Virus record (IMG/VR): IMGVR_UViG_3300017908_000050
Coordinates: 1-33,889 of that record
From: a virus
Lineage: Duplodnaviria > Caudoviricetes
Length of the DNA stretch: 33,889 nucleotides
Reading direction: 5' to 3' (one strand)
The notes under the pieces are model-generated. The model was not told the DNA's origin. It worked only from the letters and a program-made list of their open reading frames with translations, and made no database searches. The translations under genes and the position numbers were made by a program. Shown here one piece after another: positions 26,837 through 33,889 of this stretch (positions within the stretch are counted from its first letter, which is position 1; every line of letters begins with the position of its first letter).

Positions 26837-29800
26837 ATGAACACTAACAACTCCATATCTAATTCCTTAAAGAAGCTTCTAGAGATTAACACTAATTCTC
26901 TGAAGACTTTCGAGCGCATTAACGAAGCGATAACCACAACTCAAAAGGACATCCCGTTAGAGATTCTAACTGACGAGGGTACTAAAATAGTATCTATACC
27001 TGGGTTTGGTTTTATGAAGAAAGAGCTAGAAAGATTAGACAATAATCTTAAGGCGCTTGCAGGATTAGGTAAAGGTAGTACTAGAGTTAAATTACCAGAT
27101 GGTACTTTCCAAAACATTATCACTACTTCTTTAAAGACTCCAGCAAATGATATTACTACTTTAGCAAGACCAACTGCTTTTGCTACAAAGCCAAATTATT
27201 TTGCTGAAGATTTCTTAAACCCAATGTTAACTACATCAATGGATGTTAGTGGACAGATACCGAATGACACTGAGAGAGTAGTCATTAAAAGAATTTTATT
27301 TGATGGTACAAATCAAGTTGCAGTAGATTTCTTTAATGAGAATTATAGAAACCAAGATAACATTGATTATCTAACTGCGATTAGAGATATTGTCAATAAC
27401 AATATAGCATATATCTTAGACGAAGAGATGAGAGATATGCCGTATAGAAGTCAACAGTACACTGGAACATTTGATGTTCTATCAATCTCAAATTCACAAA
27501 GAGAGATTGTAGAGAATGGTGCGACTGTAAAAACTGCTATCAAACTTTACACATTAGATAAACTAACTTACTCAGATAATGATAAAGACCTAGATCAGAC
27601 TGAATTACTCCGCGTAGGAGACGAACTGATGGTCACTGGTGGCGCTAAAAACACAAGATATGTAATTGACAAACTTGATGCATCGACTCGTCAGGTTGAA
27701 CTCAGACTCGTTGAGGGTTATGAGGCAATTAAGATTGGTGCTGCTTCTTTAGCTGTATATAAAGCTGAAGATAACAATTTAGATATTGAAGTACCTGTTG
27801 GTTTCGATGAGAGAGTTTTAGTGTTCGTAAAGGCAATTGACCCTGAATCTAAAATCTTAGCAGAGAAGTGGTCTCCAGGTGTTGGTTATCATACAAACGA
27901 TTTAGAAATTCTACAAGACGATGGTTCTGTAGTTTTATTATCAGACTACTATAAAGAGAATGTAGCTGACTTTGGTAAATTTATTACTTCAATTAAAGAA
28001 GATAATATCCCACCAGCAACAGTTGGTGTAACTCCAGATGCTCCGGTTCTAGTTGCTGATAACTTTAAAGTAGTTCAGATTAACAAACACGTAACTGCAA
28101 ACGATACTGCAGATAAAATTAAGAAATTAAATGCTGATAAAATCTCAGTCGATGAGGCTGTTAAGAAATTAGATGATACTATCACTAAGAAGAGAGCTGA
28201 GATTGCAAGTAAGAAATATGAGTCACAAGTTCAGAAGGATAAAGACAAGAATGAGTTAAATGCTCTAATTGAAGAAAGAGCTTCTGAAGCTAAACTATAT
28301 AATTCTATTGTAACTCAAATTCAATCACTATCAGCTGCGTCGGATGCTACTAAGCGTTCACCTAAATATAGAATTAGAGGTTTCTGGGCTGTACCAGCTG
28401 CAAAACAAGTAGCAGATACATTAGATCAGAATGTTGTACAATTTATTATCTCATACAGATACCTATCGACTTCTGGTAAAGCTTCTGAAGCTGCTCAACT
28501 TAAGTTTACTGATGATGGTAGAGAGAAACAAGCTATTTTCTCAAACTGGAATGAAAAGAAAACTAAAGTAAGAGCAAGAGCTAAGTCTATCGATAATAAC
28601 GGTAATGTATCTAATAAATTTACATGGCAAGATACTAAGATTGAAGATGGTCAAGAGATTAACTTCAACCAATTAGATATTCCAATTAACCAGGGTGAAA
28701 TAGTAGAGATTAGAGTTAAATCTATTTCAGAAGCAGGTTATCCTTCTAATCCTATTGAGTCTGATTTCTCTGAGTCAATTACAGTTTCATTCCCTGAAGA
28801 AGAGATTGACACTACAGATCTTGCACAAGTAGTAGAAAAGAATACTGCTGAATTAGCAAAAGTTCAGATTACAGAAGAATTAACTGCACAAGGTTTATTT
28901 ACACACTTAGGTGATGCGTTTACTGCAAATGAGAATTACTATGCTCACGTCGCTACTAATATAGCATCAGGTTTCCTATCACCAGAGCAAAAGCCGATTT
29001 CAGTATATGACAAGATTGCAGAGCTAGAGGCTCAGATTGCAGGTCTTAAGGGTACTGTTGAAGCTGAAGTTGGTGAATTGGTTGTTAAGATTGTTGCAGA
29101 AGACGGAACAGTTACTAACATCGTTAAAGATACTACAACTCAATTATTTGCAGGTTACTATGTAGATGAAGTTGCAGACTTAACAGTTAGAAAAGGACAT
29201 ATTGTTACAAAGACATTTAAACTACAATTAGAAAATAGTAAATCTACTAAATTAGAATTAATCTCTAGATTAATTGGTGATAGAAACAAACCAGCATATA
29301 GATCTTTCACTGCAGGTGAAGCTAACACGAATGGTTTTGGTATTGGACTAAACGACCAAGGTGGTGCTGCTGTTGATACTAAAGTAGAAAGAGATAATTA
29401 CTATCAAGAAGAGGGTAACTATGATTTAACACCTATTCAATATCAGAATGTAGCAACTGAGAATTTTGATAAAACTTCAGATGCTCCATATCAGTCTGCT
29501 CAAAGAAGAGGTCAGTTTGTTTATAGTAGATTCATGGATGTTGCAAATCAAAACCCACATTATATTGTATCTCCACTTAACGCATTAGCTGCAGGTGTAA
29601 ACCCAACAATCGAAGACTATGAGTATGGTTTATCTACTGGTACAAATGATGCTGGTTATCCTGGTGTTACAAATGATTCTCAGACTAATAACTTTATCTG
29701 GTCTGGTACTTTCAACAACTCATCAGTTGGTGCATCAGCTAGTGATTGGGACAGAGAAAAGATTAATGTCTCTAGTACTAGTGCAGTAACATTAACGGAA

Positions 29801-30514
29801 TATAACACAGGTTTATTCTTACATAAAGACCACCCACTAATTGAAAACATCTGGCAATCTGCTTACACTACATATAATGGTGTACAAGGTACTGGTATGA
29901 ATTTAGGTAATACTAGAAAGTCAATGATTTTCTCAATGCCTAAAACTGCTACTCAAGCAACTGGTGCTACTATCTTTAGTATCTTTGGTTACGATATTGT
30001 ACCAAGTCAAGTGAAGTCAAAACAACAGGTTGCATATCACGATGGTACTAATCTATTTGATGCTACTTTAGCTACTAGCAAACCTGAAATTGTTAGACCA
30101 ATTAAGATGTCATTTGACGCGAACGACCAGTATTTATTAGGTGGTAGATCTTGTGGTGCTTTCTTATTCATGTCTCCTGTTAACACAGATACACTAAAAG
30201 TAAGTGGTGAAACTAAGAGATCTAAAAAAGAAATAAACGCAAAAAAAGATAATGAGTCAAACGCAGTTTCTGTAGATATTGTTTTCCAATATAGAATGAC
30301 TGATTACTTTGGCAACAACGAGTCTACAGATACAGGAAGAATTGGTGGTTTCGCTAGATTAGCATATAACAACCTAACATACACTAAGAAAATAGGTTTA
30401 GATATTTTTGACAAGTATGGTGAACAATTCTCTTTCGACTTAGAGGTGTTTGCTAAGTACGGTCCAAAAGGTAAGAACTTAAACTCTATTAGAGCTGCTC
30501 AGTTACTCAGATAA
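26837..30514 (+). CDS. Large virion structural protein with coiled coils and an FN3-like segment
   Basis: 1225 aa; coiled coil near 28110-28340; VEIRVKSISEAG...SDFSESITV is FN3-like. Confidence 0.6.
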   Translation: MNTNNSISNSLKKLLEINTNSLKTFERINEAITTTQKDIPLEILTDEGTKIVSIPGFGFMKKELERLDNNLKALAGLGKGSTRVKLPDGTFQNIITTSLKTPANDITTLARPTAFATKPNYFAEDFLNPMLTTSMDVSGQIPNDTERVVIKRILFDGTNQVAVDFFNENYRNQDNIDYLTAIRDIVNNNIAYILDEEMRDMPYRSQQYTGTFDVLSISNSQREIVENGATVKTAIKLYTLDKLTYSDNDKDLDQTELLRVGDELMVTGGAKNTRYVIDKLDASTRQVELRLVEGYEAIKIGAASLAVYKAEDNNLDIEVPVGFDERVLVFVKAIDPESKILAEKWSPGVGYHTNDLEILQDDGSVVLLSDYYKENVADFGKFITSIKEDNIPPATVGVTPDAPVLVADNFKVVQINKHVTANDTADKIKKLNADKISVDEAVKKLDDTITKKRAEIASKKYESQVQKDKDKNELNALIEERASEAKLYNSIVTQIQSLSAASDATKRSPKYRIRGFWAVPAAKQVADTLDQNVVQFIISYRYLSTSGKASEAAQLKFTDDGREKQAIFSNWNEKKTKVRARAKSIDNNGNVSNKFTWQDTKIEDGQEINFNQLDIPINQGEIVEIRVKSISEAGYPSNPIESDFSESITVSFPEEEIDTTDLAQVVEKNTAELAKVQITEELTAQGLFTHLGDAFTANENYYAHVATNIASGFLSPEQKPISVYDKIAELEAQIAGLKGTVEAEVGELVVKIVAEDGTVTNIVKDTTTQLFAGYYVDEVADLTVRKGHIVTKTFKLQLENSKSTKLELISRLIGDRNKPAYRSFTAGEANTNGFGIGLNDQGGAAVDTKVERDNYYQEEGNYDLTPIQYQNVATENFDKTSDAPYQSAQRRGQFVYSRFMDVANQNPHYIVSPLNALAAGVNPTIEDYEYGLSTGTNDAGYPGVTNDSQTNNFIWSGTFNNSSVGASASDWDREKINVSSTSAVTLTEYNTGLFLHKDHPLIENIWQSAYTTYNGVQGTGMNLGNTRKSMIFSMPKTATQATGATIFSIFGYDIVPSQVKSKQQVAYHDGTNLFDATLATSKPEIVRPIKMSFDANDQYLLGGRSCGAFLFMSPVNTDTLKVSGETKRSKKEINAKKDNESNAVSVDIVFQYRMTDYFGNNESTDTGRIGGFARLAYNNLTYTKKIGLDIFDKYGEQFSFDLEVFAKYGPKGKNLNSIRAAQLLR

Positions 30515-30539
30515 TATAATGTATCGGCCTGCTGAGGTG

Positions 30540-30548
30540 GATATATAA
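30540..30548 (+). promoter_or_regulatory. Candidate late promoter GATATATAA
   Basis: Recurrent motif 34 nt before ATG 30583. Confidence 0.55.
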
Positions 30549-30582
30549 TAGAGAAGAAATTCTCAAATAAGAATAGAACTGA

Positions 30583-33500
30583 ATGGCACAAATTACATTT
30601 CACGGATCCCTACGAGCTTCAGCTGCAAACGCATTTTTAAATGGCCCTGCAGATAAAGTAGCTATTGGTGTTAACGATACAGTATTATATTACAATTCTA
30701 GTAATCCAATAGCTGTTGGTGACATATTATATACCGACCAAGGTTTTCAAAACGTGTTTAATGGAGGCGGCACCATTGAGTTCTTTTATACATCAGACGA
30801 TGAGAATGATTCAGCACCAATATACACAAACAAGGTTGTTGAAATTGAAGGAATAGGTGACGCTAACAATCCTCTTGGTACAGTTAAATCTGTAACACTT
30901 GGTCCAACATATAGTATTGAGTTTCAAGATGCTAATGGTAATCAAATCACTAACGTCGATGAGGGTACACAATTTAAAGTAGTGGTCACAGAAACCGGTT
31001 CTCCTGCAATGACTTCTGTCATGACAGCGGGTGGTCAAGCGGGTGCATCTGATTTTGACAGCTGGCCATTTACTACAAATCAAGTATATGGTGAGCTATT
31101 AACACTAGACTTTACACAGGGGTCAAACGTAGTAGAAACTGACCTAACACCTACTGCAGATAACACATCAGACGGCAATAAAAACTTTACAGTTCAACTA
31201 ACTAACGGGCAACTTGCTTCTATTACTATTAATGATACTTCACAAGATCCTGCAAACTACACAATTGAATGGGATGATACTTCTGCATTAACTGTAGTTA
31301 CTGGTGGTAGTACTTCGCAGAGATCGTTCACCATGGGCGATGCGACACAGCAATTAAACCCACAAAATGATGTTGGTTTTAGTAATAACAATAACTGGAA
31401 CACTGCTACATCTGATGTTCAAGTTACTCAGAGTGGTGGTTCTGCAACTGGTGGTACTTTAAATATAACTGTTCCTGCATATACTGGATTTGATGATAGA
31501 AGTGTTGATATAACTCTAATACATCCAGATGCTAATCCAGCCGTAACTTCTAGTGCTATAACTCTTACACAAACAGGTACTGGACTAACAGCATGGGATT
31601 GGCCTAGTGCTAATGTAATTGCAGGCAACTCTTTACAAATTAGCTTTACCGATCTAGGAGGGCAACAGGTTAGTGATGTTCAGGATGGCATGCCGTTTAT
31701 TGATATTGCTACTTTACCTCAGAACGGTAATCTATATGATGTAACCGCTAACCAAGTAGTTCTAAGTCAAGGTGCTACTTTAGACGCTAACAGTGGCAAT
31801 CCTGGTGTATTTTATACTCCTAACGCAGGTTTTGGTGCTGGTGGTAGTGCTACAGATTCATTTACATATACAGCAAGAGATTCAGATGGTAATACTCTAA
31901 CAAAGACTATTACAATTACAGTTGGCCCGCCGGCGAACACGGCACCTTCAATTTCAAGCTTTAGTGTAAGTTGTAATGGTTTCGGTTCTACTGGTACTTC
32001 ACAGCAATTTAATGTGATAGCAGTTACAAATGCTAATCCACAAGATGAGGATGTTCCTAGCTTAACTTACCAATGGGCATCAGACTCGAATGGAAGTAAT
32101 CCTGTTTCTTTCCCTGGTGTTCCTACTTTACCAGACATAGATCTTGTTAATAGCGGTGTTGGTGATACTATATTTACAATGTCTAAGCCTGCTGGAACTA
32201 ACCTAGGCGTTAACGACTCATCAATCACAAATAGTGCATGGTTAAGAGCAACTGATAATCAGGGTGATGTTTCTAGCTGGGTTGAAGTACAATTTACTTT
32301 AGCATCAGAACAGAATGCTCCTCCTGTAGTGACTCAAGGAACTCAACCATCGACTGGTGCTTTTGCAATCGATCAATATAATCAAGATTCTGTAAATCTT
32401 GGTCTTACCGTTTCAGATCCGGATGGAAATACTATTAACTTAGCTCTAGATAGTGGCTTTGGTTTCCAAGACGGAAGTGGTAACACTCTTTCAAATGCTG
32501 GTAATGTTTCTATTAACGGTATGGTGGTTACCTATGAGGCTAATATAACTGGTATGACTCAAGGTCAGGTTCAAACTGTAAAATTCCAGATTACAGTTGC
32601 TGACCAATATGGAGCTATTCCAACTTCTAACCATCCTATTGTATTTACATACGATGTAACTCCGGTTGCAATTATTAATATAGACAGATCTAACGTATTT
32701 GCTAGTTCTAATTCTATTGCTTGTGCTTCTACTGCATCAACAAATGCTTATTTGAATGCTACCCAAGCTTCCGATATTACACAACTACAAGCTGGAGATT
32801 CAATTTATCAGACAGCAAACACTGGTGCAGGAACTGTTTCTAATCCGGTTGCTTCATCAAGTACAAGCGCACAGTGGATAAAGATTAGACAGACTGTAAG
32901 TGGTGTGTTGCAAGAAAGAGCTGTCGAGATAGACAGTAGCGGTATAATTCTATCGATTGTTCAGTGTCAAATTTCAACTGGTAACGCATGGCCGATCACT
33001 GGTTATTACTCTGATGACGCGAGTGTTGTATGTTATCAATCTAACTATGAGGTTGCCACGTTATGGCAGAATGTTGTAGATACTACTGGTGCTGCTAACG
33101 CTACGATGGAACAAGTAGCTGCTGCAGGTGGTACTCTATTTACTAACGAGGTTAACGCTAACGCTTATGCAGGCGTTCCTATTAGTTCTATACCAAGTTC
33201 TGCAATTGTTCCAGATGGTTTTTATAGAACTCCATCTGAAACTGGTTATTATTGGGAAATGGTTAACGGTCAATTCGTTGCAATAGATCCTAACACTCCT
33301 AACATTTACAAGAACACATGTCCTGAGCCTATTGTCTATCAGACTTATTCTTTTAAAGCATACTATAATGCAGCTGATAGAGAAAGAGTAGACTCTGCAT
33401 GTACTACTGAAGAACAAGACTTAACTTTGGCTACCGTTTATTTTAGAGGTGACCAAAATGACAATATAAACACTCTTAACGATAAAGAGAAGTTAACTTA

Positions 33501-33889
33501 TGTAATGAGCAGGCAGCTGGTTATTTACCAGGATGAAGCACTAGCTACTCAGGTAGACTATAGTAGTTTATGGCCTACAACAGTATTTTTATCTGCTCAA
33601 GTAGACCAAAACGGTGTTACTCAATTACCACCATTCCCTGGTTTTGCAATCTGGGAAAATGATAATTCATCTGGTTACACTGGTAACTACAGATGGTTTG
33701 GTATAGACCAGAATGGTGTTTTAGAAGAGGCTAATATACTTACTGTACAAGGAGCATGTGGTACTCAATTTAATAAGCCTAATGCTTGGAATACATTTGA
33801 ATTAGGTGGTGGTTTAGCTTCTAGAGAGAATGTATATTATGCTTTCTACTCTTGTGTTGCTAAAATAGAAAACGGTGAACCATATTGGC
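30583..33889 (+). CDS. 3'-truncated multi-Ig-domain adhesin / tail-fibre-like protein (Calx-beta-, BACON- and cadherin/Big_9-like domains), >1100 aa
   Basis: Not in the ORF track, presumably because it has no stop in the window. Manual frame-1 translation (continuous to about 31980, spot-checked after) gives MAQITFHGSL..., DGNKTFTVQL...ITINDTS, ITVPAYTGFDDR...ITLTQ, YTPNAGF...DSFTYTARD, NTAP, VSDPDG, ending ...KIENGEPYW at the window edge. Confidence 0.85.
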   Translation, partial: MAQITFHGSLRASAANAFLNGPADKVAIGVNDTVLYYNSSNPIAVGDILYTDQGFQNVFNGGGTIEFFYTSDDENDSAPIYTNKVVEIEGIGDANNPLGTVKSVTLGPTYSIEFQDANGNQITNVDEGTQFKVVVTETGSPAMTSVMTAGGQAGASDFDSWPFTTNQVYGELLTLDFTQGSNVVETDLTPTADNTSDGNKNFTVQLTNGQLASITINDTSQDPANYTIEWDDTSALTVVTGGSTSQRSFTMGDATQQLNPQNDVGFSNNNNWNTATSDVQVTQSGGSATGGTLNITVPAYTGFDDRSVDITLIHPDANPAVTSSAITLTQTGTGLTAWDWPSANVIAGNSLQISFTDLGGQQVSDVQDGMPFIDIATLPQNGNLYDVTANQVVLSQGATLDANSGNPGVFYTPNAGFGAGGSATDSFTYTARDSDGNTLTKTITITVGPPANTAPSISSFSVSCNGFGSTGTSQQFNVIAVTNANPQDEDVPSLTYQWASDSNGSNPVSFPGVPTLPDIDLVNSGVGDTIFTMSKPAGTNLGVNDSSITNSAWLRATDNQGDVSSWVEVQFTLASEQNAPPVVTQGTQPSTGAFAIDQYNQDSVNLGLTVSDPDGNTINLALDSGFGFQDGSGNTLSNAGNVSINGMVVTYEANITGMTQGQVQTVKFQITVADQYGAIPTSNHPIVFTYDVTPVAIINIDRSNVFASSNSIACASTASTNAYLNATQASDITQLQAGDSIYQTANTGAGTVSNPVASSSTSAQWIKIRQTVSGVLQERAVEIDSSGIILSIVQCQISTGNAWPITGYYSDDASVVCYQSNYEVATLWQNVVDTTGAANATMEQVAAAGGTLFTNEVNANAYAGVPISSIPSSAIVPDGFYRTPSETGYYWEMVNGQFVAIDPNTPNIYKNTCPEPIVYQTYSFKAYYNAADRERVDSACTTEEQDLTLATVYFRGDQNDNINTLNDKEKLTYVMSRQLVIYQDEALATQVDYSSLWPTTVFLSAQVDQNGVTQLPPFPGFAIWENDNSSGYTGNYRWFGIDQNGVLEEANILTVQGACGTQFNKPNAWNTFELGGGLASRENVYYAFYSCVAKIENGEPYW

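Noticed and set aside
3616-33417. Short minus-strand ORFs (e.g. 3616, 4032, 6483, 7011, 7692, 10332, 10459, 12896, 13711, 17517, 18025, 19637, 20153, 21582, 24292, 24631, 24858, 25381, 25896, 26941, 30811, 31428, 33136) and + ORF 12432..12620
   Set aside because: They lie wholly or largely over well-supported + strand genes and have shadow-frame composition with no recognisable motifs.
1-33889. Stop-codon reassignment as in some large phages
   Set aside because: Coding density is near complete under the standard code, and TAG (4094, 4707) and TGA (5392) end genes at plausible boundaries.
1-33889. tRNA, CRISPR array, intron, intein or transposon
   Set aside because: Intergenic gaps are at most about 160 nt with no cloverleaf or repeat-spacer pattern seen, and the recognised enzymes appear uninterrupted. 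This was by eye only; tRNAscan and Infernal were not run.

Overview
The window looks like part of a large, AT-rich, T4-like contractile-tailed (jumbo) phage genome in the standard genetic code. It is densely coding and almost all on the + strand. It runs from the end of a block of probable head-associated proteins (1-985), through a nucleotide/DNA-metabolism cluster (dCMP deaminase, Fe-S DinG/XPD helicase, 2OG-Fe(II) oxygenase, small hypotheticals; 1055-6376), into a baseplate/neck module (gp48-, gp53/LysM-, gp27-, gp54-, gp5-, gp13-, gp25-, gp6- and gp7-like genes plus large structural ORFs). It ends in a >1100-aa multi-Ig adhesin-like ORF (30583 to the window end) that the ORF track missed. 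The structural module is interrupted at 14487-18192 by two divergent minus-strand hypothetical genes, a 4-domain ribosomal protein S1 homologue, and an amidoligase-type enzyme fused to a beta-helix-like tail; this S1/amidoligase pair is the best candidate for an unexplored system. Three candidate promoter classes are visible (GATATATA; AAAC-N17-TATAAT; a Bacteroidota-like -7 element). Lack of Shine-Dalgarno motifs, the S1 N-terminus and a BACON-like domain point to a Bacteroidota host (inference). All family calls come from motif recognition by eye; no searches were run.
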